IMG/VR virus record: IMGVR_UViG_3300046103_000373
Span: 1-25,766 of that record
Direction: 5' to 3' (one strand)
Source: a virus
Lineage: Duplodnaviria; Caudoviricetes
DNA length: 25,766 nucleotides
The notes beneath the pieces were generated by a model. That model was not told the origin of the DNA. It did no database searches and was given only the letters and a program-made list of their open reading frames with translations. Made by a program: the position numbers and the translations under genes. Positions 1-6,938 of the stretch are shown here, one piece after another; the stretch's first letter is position 1; each line of letters begins with the position of its first letter.

Positions 1-53
1 GTTTCCTGAGCAAACAAAAAATTCTTATCTATTTCTGTTTTAAATTGTTTCAT
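1..53 (-). CDS. N-terminal fragment of a hypothetical protein running off the window edge
   Basis: Hand translation from ATG at 53 gives MKQFKTEIDKNFLFAQET, open to the edge and overlapping the stop of the upstream nuclease gene. Confidence 0.4.
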   Translation of the reverse strand, partial: MKQFKTEIDKNFLFAQE

Positions 54-822
54 ATAATAAATATTCGTTTAAATCTGTGTCCTTGTGATCATTGTATTCT
101 TTAACTGCAGCTTCACACTTCTGCTCACCAGTTAGATAAAATTCTTCCGATACATCTATCCATTTAGGAACTAGTGTCCCTTTATCAATAGCTATAAATT
201 TAAAATCCTTGTAAGATATTCCAAATAAGTTACAATATATAAAACATTGTAAATCATAACTAAAATCTTTAAAAGCCCATTTAGTGTTTTTTATGTTAAT
301 CGTTGTCTTGAGATCTATGATCTGCCCAGTTTCAGTAATAATATCTGCTTTCCCACGAAAAGGCATTCCCATTACATTCCCTGCGATTGCAACTTCAAAT
401 TCTGCGTTTTTTAAAACAGATACTAATTTGCTATTCATAAGGAATCCATCCGCTAAACGCTCTGCACTTGTTCTTTCTGCAACAGTAAAACACTTTCCGT
501 ATTCTATTTCTGCTTCTTTGAATGCTTTAGTCGTTCTTCCCTTTATATCAATAAATTGCTGTGCTTCAAAAACGTGAGGTTCTAGGATAGCTGTATGAAA
601 TAACCAACCATCTCGTAAAGCCTGAGTTTCTTTAGTACCCCATTTTAATTCTTTTACAAATTTCTTATAGGAGTGCAACAAAGTTTTTGCTATGCTACTG
701 CTTAACATATTCTTACCGCAAACATTATAATAAAATTCATCATCATCCATTTTTTTGATTAACTCTGCTTTATTCCAAACAGTTCCATCTAATAATTTAA
801 TAGTCTCTACTTTCTTTTCCAT
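40..822 (-). CDS. PD-(D/E)XK exonuclease, RecE/Exo VIII-like (DUF3799-type)
   Basis: 260 aa with LSSS, G-x-L-F-H-TAILEP, FRGKADII...IIDLKTT catalytic motifs and YDLQCFIY, typical of phage Exo VIII-like nucleases. Confidence 0.8.
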   Translation of the reverse strand: MEKKVETIKLLDGTVWNKAELIKKMDDDEFYYNVCGKNMLSSSIAKTLLHSYKKFVKELKWGTKETQALRDGWLFHTAILEPHVFEAQQFIDIKGRTTKAFKEAEIEYGKCFTVAERTSAERLADGFLMNSKLVSVLKNAEFEVAIAGNVMGMPFRGKADIITETGQIIDLKTTINIKNTKWAFKDFSYDLQCFIYCNLFGISYKDFKFIAIDKGTLVPKWIDVSEEFYLTGEQKCEAAVKEYNDHKDTDLNEYLLYETI

Positions 823-1088
823 ATCTTATTAATGTGTTTTTTTTTCCATATTAGTTTTAATTTATTTCTTTGCTTAACAGTTGGCATTTTGCCCATTTTG
901 CATACAGATTTTACAAATTCATAATCTTCATACGATAATGTTTTTTTAAGTAAATTCTTCAACCATACGACAGCTTCTTCTGTTAATGGCTTACGACCTG
1001 TATCTGCTCCTGCTTTATAACTAACTCCATATCTAAAATCTGAATCATAGACAGATCTTTTTTGATTGCTAAACCTATCCTTTGCCAT
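807..1088 (-). CDS. hypothetical basic protein
   Basis: 93-aa ORF in a tightly packed minus-strand run, overlapping the downstream gene start. Confidence 0.65.
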   Translation of the reverse strand: MAKDRFSNQKRSVYDSDFRYGVSYKAGADTGRKPLTEEAVVWLKNLLKKTLSYEDYEFVKSVCKMGKMPTVKQRNKLKLIWKKKHINKIWKRK

Positions 1089-1099
1089 CTATATGAATT

Positions 1100-1432
1100 T
1101 TATCGTCTTTCATCCCAATCGTTTTTAATTATAATAACACTTTCTACTATGCTTTCGTAGTCTTGATATGCATTCATTAAAGAATGTTCAAGGTCTTTAA
1201 CTTCATCCCATCTTGCACCGTGTTCACAATCATCCCAAGTAAATTCTAACGACTGTACTTCTTTTTTGTTTTTATAAATTATAATTTGATATTCACTAGG
1301 CATATCTAGTTTCCATCTTTCTTGTCGTACTTGTTTGTCTGAATCTTCTAATCTAGTTATTAATTCTGCTTTAGTGCATTTTTCTAAAATCTCATAAAAG
1401 GATTTGTGGAAGTGTCTTTCTTGTTTTTTCAT
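1100..1432 (-). CDS. hypothetical protein
   Basis: 110-aa ORF with ATGA overlap to the upstream gene. Confidence 0.7.
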   Translation of the reverse strand: MKKQERHFHKSFYEILEKCTKAELITRLEDSDKQVRQERWKLDMPSEYQIIIYKNKKEVQSLEFTWDDCEHGARWDEVKDLEHSLMNAYQDYESIVESVIIIKNDWDERR

Positions 1433-1623
1433 AATTCTATTTCGTTTAATTTATTGTATACATAAGTTAAGTCTATATATAAACTTGATTTTTCAGAATC
1501 AGTTAAATCTAAACCATAAACCTGTTCTTTAAGAAAACAAATTTTTCCCATTGCCCTACCTGCTCTTTTAGAATTTCTTGTATTTGCTGATTGATAATGT
1601 TTAATAAGTTCTTTATTTTTCAT
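1429..1623 (-). CDS. hypothetical protein
   Basis: 64-aa ORF overlapping both neighbours. Confidence 0.65.
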   Translation of the reverse strand: MKNKELIKHYQSANTRNSKRAGRAMGKICFLKEQVYGLDLTDSEKSSLYIDLTYVYNKLNEIEL

Positions 1624-1858
1624 TGTTCATATGTTTTTTAATGTCTCTTAATTTTGCTACCATTTTAATGGCACTACCTGAGATGCCAAAATATTTTTTA
1701 ACATCAGTTATTCTCCAATTTCTGTGAGGTCTTAATCCTTTAGAATACCATTCTAGATCTCTAATACTAATCAGTAAATTATAATAACCTACTGGCATAG
1801 GGTTGCTATTAACATCAATTGTTTTTTGTAAGTCTTCAATAAATTTTGGTTCTTTCAT
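1613..1858 (-). CDS. hypothetical protein, possibly small DNA-binding
   Basis: 81 aa; WRITDVKKYFGISGS resembles a helix-turn-helix segment (weak). Confidence 0.65.
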   Translation of the reverse strand: MKEPKFIEDLQKTIDVNSNPMPVGYYNLLISIRDLEWYSKGLRPHRNWRITDVKKYFGISGSAIKMVAKLRDIKKHMNNEK

Positions 1859-1870
1859 TTGTTCTTTGTA

Positions 1871-2152
1871 TTAAGTTTGTTTTTCTGCTGATCTAGCCCT
1901 TTCTATTGCTCGAAGTTTATCGGATCTGTATTCTGAAATCGTTAAATGATACAGTTTTTTTTCATAACTAAGTTTATTACATATCCTAGTCAAAACAATA
2001 GCAGCATCTTTCAGAGATACTAAGTCGGGGTTTTCAGGCTTTGCCTTGTACCATTTCAGTACAATCTCCTGCATAGTAAGTAATGCAGTATTTAAATCAA
2101 CGTCTTCTAAGACATCAAATTTTTCTCTCATCATATACTTTTTAATATCCAT
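1871..2152 (-). CDS. hypothetical helical protein
   Basis: 93-aa ORF directly downstream of a TATCTTTA promoter-like element. Confidence 0.7.
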   Translation of the reverse strand: MDIKKYMMREKFDVLEDVDLNTALLTMQEIVLKWYKAKPENPDLVSLKDAAIVLTRICNKLSYEKKLYHLTISEYRSDKLRAIERARSAEKQT

Positions 2153-2156
2153 ATAG

Positions 2157-2167
2157 TAAAGATACTA
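2157..2167 (-). promoter_or_regulatory. candidate Bacteroidota sigma70 -7 element
   Basis: Minus strand TAGTATCTTTA; the identical 11-mer occurs at 5640-5650. Both are intergenic and upstream of an ATG. No exact TTTG at the 19-nt spacing here. Confidence 0.55.
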
Positions 2168-2182
2168 AAAATTGTTAATAAG

Positions 2183-2602
2183 TTACATAGTATTGTAAGT
2201 TATTTCTGAAGCGTGATTTTCTGGTAATAAGTAACAAGGTTTAGTTACCTTTTTCTTGGTCCAAAGTGTAGTATCTGGACACCACATATCAACTGGTTTA
2301 GGTAATTCCATATTATTTAACCAGAACAAATAGTTTCCCTTAGGATCATTTATGAAATACAACTTAACTAAATCACTAGGCATTTTCATTAGCTGATCAT
2401 ATTTATATTGTTCTAACATTTTATCTTCGTAGTACTTGTTGCGAAATTTCATCTCCATTACGCATTCCTTTCCTTTAGGAGTAGCACCAACAGCATCATA
2501 GTGTTCAAATCCACCACCACACCATTCTAGGTCCCATCCACTAAACGTATTAAAAAATAGTATTACTGCTTTTTCGAGTTTATGTACACCTTCAATATCC
2601 AT
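2183..2602 (-). CDS. small PD-(D/E)XK-fold endonuclease
   Basis: 139 aa with E...HYDA...VMEMKFR, the D-x(n)-E-x-K arrangement of restriction-endonuclease-like folds. Confidence 0.65.
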   Translation of the reverse strand: MDIEGVHKLEKAVILFFNTFSGWDLEWCGGGFEHYDAVGATPKGKECVMEMKFRNKYYEDKMLEQYKYDQLMKMPSDLVKLYFINDPKGNYLFWLNNMELPKPVDMWCPDTTLWTKKKVTKPCYLLPENHASEITYNTM

Positions 2603-2817
2603 TACTGTCCGTTATTGTACAAATTATTTATGTCTTGTATCCAGTTATTATAAGTTTTAGGACTACAGGTACAAGGAACGTGATATTGGTGGTTAAAGTA
2701 TTCTGAATGTAATCTTGCTAAAAATTTCTGTTCACCTTCATCTAGAGTATTACTGTTACTAGACTTAAAGTTTTGCCATTTTTTATAGTCTTGTGCTGTT
2801 AATTTAATCTTAGCCAT
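2602..2817 (-). CDS. hypothetical protein with PCTC motif
   Basis: 71 aa, TAATG overlap with the downstream gene; HVPCTCS may bind metal. Confidence 0.7.
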   Translation of the reverse strand: MAKIKLTAQDYKKWQNFKSSNSNTLDEGEQKFLARLHSEYFNHQYHVPCTCSPKTYNNWIQDINNLYNNGQ

Positions 2818-2965
2818 TCCTAGATATTTTAATTTTGTTTAACATATTTTTTCTTTCATCACATTTACAATTTTTCTTACCTAATAAGTCAAACCATATT
2901 TTATTATGTAGCCATTTTATACCTGAGTAATAAAAAATCTTTTCTACTAAATCTCCTAATCTCAT
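2810..2965 (-). CDS. small hypothetical protein with CxC-DERK motif (not in ORF track)
   Basis: Hand translation: MRLGDLVEKIFYYSGIKWLHNKIWFDLLGKKNCKCDERKNMLNKIKISRNG (51 aa). ATGA overlap with the sigma factor stop and an 8-nt overlap with the next gene; fills the gap exactly. Confidence 0.75.
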   Translation of the reverse strand: MRLGDLVEKIFYYSGIKWLHNKIWFDLLGKKNCKCDERKNMLNKIKISRNG

Positions 2966-3492
2966 AGCTGTTTATTTATGTTCCTGTTAATTAATTTTTC
3001 TAATCTTTTTTTAACCTTGTTGTAAGTATTGTAAACCGAATAATAACTAATCGTTGTTTTATCAGACAGGCCTTTAATAGATTCACCACCCTCTATGTAT
3101 CTATAAATTTTTTCATCATACCAATGGAAAGTGTCTAGAGCATTATTAACCATTTCATAGAATTTTTCTACATCATCAATTTCGTTGTACTCAGGTTGTT
3201 TCATTAATTCTTCAATAGGTTTACCGTTAGAATCCGTAAGAGATACAATTTTTATCTTACTTTGTTTTCTAGTCAGATCAATAAATAAAGATCTTAGGGT
3301 ACGAAAAATATAATAGTGATTTATTTCTGTTTCATTGTACATAACATCTGTTCCTTTAGAAACTAGAATGTGAATTTTAATGTACATTTCTTGAACTATG
3401 TCTTCTGCGGTTTCAAAGTTGCAGCCAAAACTTTTAACAATTCTTATCCAATCATTATGCTGTTCTGCTACAATCTCTAAAGTAGATTTCAT
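2962..3492 (-). CDS. ECF-like RNA polymerase sigma factor
   Basis: Region-2 motif AEDIVQEMYIKI...YIFRTLRSLFIDLTRK and C-terminal HTH (SIKGLSDKTTISYYSVYNTYNKVKKRL). Start moved to ATG 3492 (MKSTLE, 176 aa), which gives an ATGA overlap. Confidence 0.85.
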   Translation of the reverse strand: MKSTLEIVAEQHNDWIRIVKSFGCNFETAEDIVQEMYIKIHILVSKGTDVMYNETEINHYYIFRTLRSLFIDLTRKQSKIKIVSLTDSNGKPIEELMKQPEYNEIDDVEKFYEMVNNALDTFHWYDEKIYRYIEGGESIKGLSDKTTISYYSVYNTYNKVKKRLEKLINRNINKQL

Positions 3493-3683
3493 ATTCGAAA
3501 CCAAGTAATATGAATACCACATACACAAAACATAAAAGTAATTTGTTCGTAAAACTCATCTTCTTCTAAATCCTCTGGATCTGGTTCTAAATTAGGGTTA
3601 TAATATAAAATTCCAACTGAAAGTCCGTAAATAGGGACTAACTGAATATTAACTTGAGTGTTATTTATATTAAAATTTATCAA
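3489..3683 (-). CDS. small hypothetical protein
   Basis: 64 aa, ATGA-coupled on both sides; two hydrophobic beta-like segments around an acidic loop. Confidence 0.7.
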   Translation of the reverse strand: MINFNINNTQVNIQLVPIYGLSVGILYYNPNLEPDPEDLEEDEFYEQITFMFCVCGIHITWFRI

Positions 3684-4594
3684 AACGGTAGGTCTGTTTG
3701 TACTCTCTTAGGTAAATCTAGTAAATTTTTTCCATTTATTTCAAATCCTACGTTATTTTTTACTGATCTAAGCACTATAGGGCTATCAATTGATGTCGGT
3801 CGACCCCCTGTATCCACATCCTTTACTTTTCTAACGTGAATCAAGCTATTCATCCATTCTGTTGGATGTTGAATATACCTGTGAATAACAATGAAATCAT
3901 CAGCACGATTTACAAATTTACCTCCACCCTCTACATCACTTGCCATTGGGGGAATTGGATGCCCTGCATATTCGTGTCTGTCTGAATGCCTCTTTCTTAA
4001 TGCTTCTGTATTTGCGTGAGTGTTTAGCCATAAACTTATTTGATTTTTCTTACAAAATACCCGCATTTCACTAGTAGCAAAATAATCATATTCGTGTCCG
4101 TTATGAGTCCTAGATAAATCTTTGTCTTTTATTAACGAATTAAATGGATCGATTAACAAGCCCTGATAATTCCAAGCCTTTTTTAATTCAGTAGCTAAAT
4201 CTAAAATATTTTTATAACTATATAATTCTTGAGGATCAATAAACTTAAAATGCTCATTTATAAATTCTGATCTATTCTTGAAATGTTTTTCTTCTATTTT
4301 GTTGATGACATTACCCTCCATAAATTCTATCATCTTTTTCATTAAAGTGTAGGGTTCATTTTCACTACTAAATACTAACCATTTTAAATTGTGTTTAATT
4401 GAGTACAACAACATTAAGTATAAAATAACAGTTGTCTTACCTGTGTTTGCGTGTCCGAGAATTACATTAAAGTTTGAAGTTTTAAATCTAAAATGCTCAT
4501 CTATTTCAGGTATGTCTAATTTTAAGCCTTCTTTAATTTTACCTGATCTAACCATTTGAAGCTTTTCAATATGATCACTAAAGTTTATTATCAT
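3680..4594 (-). CDS. DnaB/T7 gp4-like SF4 replicative helicase (helicase domain only)
   Basis: Walker A GHANTGKT, catalytic SSEN, Walker B LLIDPFN, LNTH, GGGKFVNRAD and VRKVK. Start moved to ATG 4594 (MIINFSD) because the track start lies within a terminator. Confidence 0.88.
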   Translation of the reverse strand: MIINFSDHIEKLQMVRSGKIKEGLKLDIPEIDEHFRFKTSNFNVILGHANTGKTTVILYLMLLYSIKHNLKWLVFSSENEPYTLMKKMIEFMEGNVINKIEEKHFKNRSEFINEHFKFIDPQELYSYKNILDLATELKKAWNYQGLLIDPFNSLIKDKDLSRTHNGHEYDYFATSEMRVFCKKNQISLWLNTHANTEALRKRHSDRHEYAGHPIPPMASDVEGGGKFVNRADDFIVIHRYIQHPTEWMNSLIHVRKVKDVDTGGRPTSIDSPIVLRSVKNNVGFEINGKNLLDLPKRVQTDLPF

Positions 4595-4609
4595 CTTTGT
4601 AAGTTTTTT

Positions 4610-4640
4610 TAAATGTAAGGGAAAAAAAAAGAGTAACAAA
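4610..4640 (-). promoter_or_regulatory. candidate Bacteroidota sigma70 promoter for the helicase operon
   Basis: TTTG (4640-4637), 19 nt, TACATTTA (4617-4610); matches the -33 TTTG / -7 TAnnTTTG consensus except at the last base. Confidence 0.6.
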
Positions 4641-4653
4641 TTAATGCTACTCT
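4622..4653 (-). terminator. intrinsic terminator
   Basis: AGAGTAGCA-TTAATT-TGTTACTCT stem-loop (one G-U pair) followed by a T run, downstream of the putative SSB gene. Confidence 0.8.
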
Positions 4654-4677
4654 CCTTTTGGTTTTAACGTGTCAGAA

Positions 4678-4944
4678 TTAAAACGGTAGATCGTCTCTAT
4701 CTGGCGAATGCTGAGAAGCACTTACCTGTTCCTGTTTTGCATTGTATAAATTCCAAGTTGGATACAGTTTTGTTCCGTCTTTAGAAATACAGATATCTAA
4801 GTTTACAAATCCTCTTTCATTTGCATATTGTTTCATTTCTTGAAGTTCTGCAATTGCTTCATCTATCTTACATCCTACTACCGCAGGTTTCCAATCTACA
4901 TTTCCTTTACTTACGTAAAATCCTTTTGCTAATTTATTTTCCAT
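4678..4944 (-). CDS. putative small single-stranded DNA-binding protein
   Basis: 88 aa ending in a flexible tail DRDDLPF (SSB C-terminal type), directly upstream of the helicase. Confidence 0.6.
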   Translation of the reverse strand: MENKLAKGFYVSKGNVDWKPAVVGCKIDEAIAELQEMKQYANERGFVNLDICISKDGTKLYPTWNLYNAKQEQVSASQHSPDRDDLPF

Positions 4945-4945
4945 T

Positions 4946-5380
4946 TTATAATTGATTTAAAAATTGTTTTAATGATTTATAATCTTCTACTGTGTTTTGT
5001 ATTACTACATCTCTCTTATCTTTCGCATAAGCTGCCATATTCTCTTTATAACAAACCTGTAATAGTATGGAGTCATTTGTTGTAAAAGATCCTTTAGGGG
5101 TCATTTGTGGAGTTATAGAGCGTATGTTACTAACTACTTGAATTGGTTGTTCCAAACCCTTTGCTCCTTTTGCAAATTTATACTGTTCGTTTGATACCTC
5201 AAACTGTATTTCTGTTCCTACTGAAAATTTAAATTCCCCTACAGCAGAAAAAGTGTACTCAGTACCGTCAGCAAATCCTACTAAATGTTTATCAAGTTGA
5301 ATCTCTTCTTTTTTTACCTGATCGAAAAAGGGTTTACCTTTGCCTTTTGGTGTTATAAATGTAATTTTACCTGTTTTCAT
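4946..5380 (-). CDS. hypothetical replication/recombination protein, possible OB fold
   Basis: 144 aa; beta-rich aromatic N-terminal half, linker and helical C-terminus; adjacent to SSB and helicase. Confidence 0.6.
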   Translation of the reverse strand: MKTGKITFITPKGKGKPFFDQVKKEEIQLDKHLVGFADGTEYTFSAVGEFKFSVGTEIQFEVSNEQYKFAKGAKGLEQPIQVVSNIRSITPQMTPKGSFTTNDSILLQVCYKENMAAYAKDKRDVVIQNTVEDYKSLKQFLNQL

Positions 5381-5489
5381 ACTCTGTCTTTGTTTTTGTT
5401 TCTAATTTGATTTCCAGATCTAAAACCTTAGTCCTTAAGAATTCTACTTCTGTTTTAAGTAATCGAATAAGATCATCGTTATAAGTCAT
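5367..5489 (-). CDS. small coiled-coil protein (not in ORF track)
   Basis: Hand translation: MTYNDDLIRLLKTEVEFLRTKVLDLEIKLETKTKTEYENR (40 aa); heptad leucines; overlaps both neighbours. Confidence 0.65.
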   Translation of the reverse strand: MTYNDDLIRLLKTEVEFLRTKVLDLEIKLETKTKTEYENR

Positions 5490-5622
5490 TTTTTGAAAAT
5501 TTAATTTCTACACGTTTAGAAAGTTCAGCCTTTGCGGCATTCCTAGTTCCGTCTAACAATTCCTTGTTGTTTATTAATTCAGCAAGATCGTCATTAGTTA
5601 AAAAGTCTACTAGTGCTATCAT
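5479..5622 (-). CDS. small hypothetical protein (not in ORF track)
   Basis: Hand translation: MIALVDFLTNDDLAELINNKELLDGTRNAAKAELSKRVEIKFSKNDL (47 aa); first gene after the 5640-5670 promoter, with an A-rich leader. Confidence 0.7.
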   Translation of the reverse strand: MIALVDFLTNDDLAELINNKELLDGTRNAAKAELSKRVEIKFSKNDL

Positions 5623-5639
5623 ATTAATTGTTGTTTTTA

Positions 5640-5670
5640 TAAAGATACTAATAATTTTTAATAAAACAAA
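5640..5670 (-). promoter_or_regulatory. candidate Bacteroidota sigma70 promoter
   Basis: TTTG (5670-5667), 19 nt, TATCTTTA (5647-5640). Confidence 0.7.
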
Positions 5671-5697
5671 AAAGGGATCCTAATTTAATAAGACCCC
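5668..5697 (-). terminator. intrinsic terminator after ninG
   Basis: GGGGTCTT-ATTAAATT-AGGATCCC stem-loop (two G-U pairs) followed by TTTTTT. Confidence 0.8.
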
Positions 5698-5737
5698 TTT
5701 TCAAACAAAGTAAAAAACAATTACACTTACAAAGAAT

Positions 5738-6133
5738 TCAAATGTAGTTTAAATCTAAATCATTTACAAGTTTATTATAATAACTTATTTTTTCTTCAAG
5801 ATCTGAATCTGTAAACTTAACAGTTTGTTTGCTTAATTGAAGTAATTTATTACTGGTCCTTTTACCTAAGAATATACTAAATTCAAATTGCTTTCCCTGC
5901 TGCATAACATTACAGCCGAAACATTGAGGATAAACATTCTTTTCATCCCATCTTGTTGAATAGTGTTTTCTACTCATAAAATGCCCTGCTTGAATTGATT
6001 TAAAATGATAATCTCTGCCACAAGTAACACAAGTACAATATCCTGAATGATCAGCATTTTTCAATCTAATGTATCTGCTAAAAATTGTGTCTAATTTCTT
6101 AACTATTTTAGAACGTGATAATTTTTTTGCCAT
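5738..6133 (-). CDS. ninG: NinG/Rap-family recombination endonuclease
   Basis: KKLDTIFSRYIRLK, CVTC, QAGHFMSR, RWDEKNVYPQCFGCN: the lambda NinG-type zinc/HNH-like pattern. Confidence 0.88.
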   Translation of the reverse strand: MAKKLSRSKIVKKLDTIFSRYIRLKNADHSGYCTCVTCGRDYHFKSIQAGHFMSRKHYSTRWDEKNVYPQCFGCNVMQQGKQFEFSIFLGKRTSNKLLQLSKQTVKFTDSDLEEKISYYNKLVNDLDLNYI

Positions 6134-6167
6134 TTAATTTGGATAGAATAAAAAAAAGGTTTTATTA

Positions 6168-6202
6168 TACTATAGTAATACTATACTACTATAGTAATAC
6201 TA
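6168..6202. repeat. two 16-bp direct repeats, each containing a perfect 10-bp palindrome
   Basis: TACTATAGTAATACTA at 6168-6183 and 6187-6202; TACTATAGTA is self-complementary. Confidence 0.85.
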
Positions 6203-6219
6203 ATACTTATGTAATAAAG

Positions 6220-6459
6220 CTAGTCTAAAGCCTTTAATAACATAGTACCAATTTCATCATCAACGGTTTTTAGTTGTTTATATATAAACTTACTGTCTGA
6301 CTTTACTTTAGTAATTTCTGATTTAGTACTATCAATTCCTAATTTAGTATATTGATCACAATCAATCCTAAGTAATTCATCAGTCCTTTCTTTAATGCTT
6401 AAAGCAAAATCTTGTGCTATTTTTTCTGCTAAGTCTCTAATAGTACTTTTGTCTGTCAT
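6220..6459 (-). CDS. hypothetical protein
   Basis: 79-aa helical ORF between the holin and ninG, preceded by TACTTTTA (6487-6480). Confidence 0.7.
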   Translation of the reverse strand: MTDKSTIRDLAEKIAQDFALSIKERTDELLRIDCDQYTKLGIDSTKSEITKVKSDSKFIYKQLKTVDDEIGTMLLKALD

Positions 6460-6506
6460 TCTTCTAATTTAATTAATAATAAAAGTAATGAAAAAAAATT
6501 AAACGA

Positions 6507-6920
6507 TTACTGGTGTTTATTGTTACCGAATACCTTTTCTACTCCTCTAGATCCAAAGTATCCACCAATTACAATACTAAGCAGCCCAGTAATTGAGTCT
6601 AAAGGATAACCCATATACCAACCGATTACATAACTTACGGTCAAGAATACCAATGTCAAAGGTCTTACGTTAGAAGATAGCCAAGAACCGCTTCTAGAAT
6701 CAGCTACCCATCTACGAGTAGTACCATCTATTTCCGCACGTTCTATGTCAAGTTTTTTTAAAGCTATTTGTTTGTCGGAATCACTCATATCTGAGCCACC
6801 TATAATAGCCTGTATTACTGATCCTACTGGAGTATTTCCTGCAATAGCACCAACTACATCAGGTATCTTATTTAAAAGAAATTTACCTACTTGTGTATCT
6901 TTGAATTTTTTCTTATCCAT
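6507..6920 (-). CDS. holin (GTA-type 3TM holin-like)
   Basis: RWVADSRSGSWLSSNVRPLTLVFL...GGYFGSRGVEK pattern with hydrophobic helices; directly downstream of the endolysin. Confidence 0.8.
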   Translation of the reverse strand: MDKKKFKDTQVGKFLLNKIPDVVGAIAGNTPVGSVIQAIIGGSDMSDSDKQIALKKLDIERAEIDGTTRRWVADSRSGSWLSSNVRPLTLVFLTVSYVIGWYMGYPLDSITGLLSIVIGGYFGSRGVEKVFGNNKHQ

Positions 6921-6938
6921 AGTGTGTTTCCTACGGTG

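Noticed and set aside
1844-1858. Shared N-termini MKEPK (1858 and 7369) and MTYN (5489 and 13538)
   Set aside because: Similarity stops after 4-5 residues and is compatible with A-rich start-region bias.
3493-3528. Track N-terminal extension of the sigma factor (MCMWYSYY...)
   Set aside because: It overlaps the upstream gene; ATG 3492 gives a standard ATGA coupling.
4595-4639. Track N-terminal extension of the helicase (MLLFFFPLH...)
   Set aside because: It is the translation of a terminator T tract from a TTG; ATG 4594 with an A-rich leader fits better.
5476-5483. TCGTTATA on the plus strand here and at 16933-16940
   Set aside because: Wrong orientation, inside coding sequence (Tyr-Asn-Asp codons), and no TACAA box at the expected distance.
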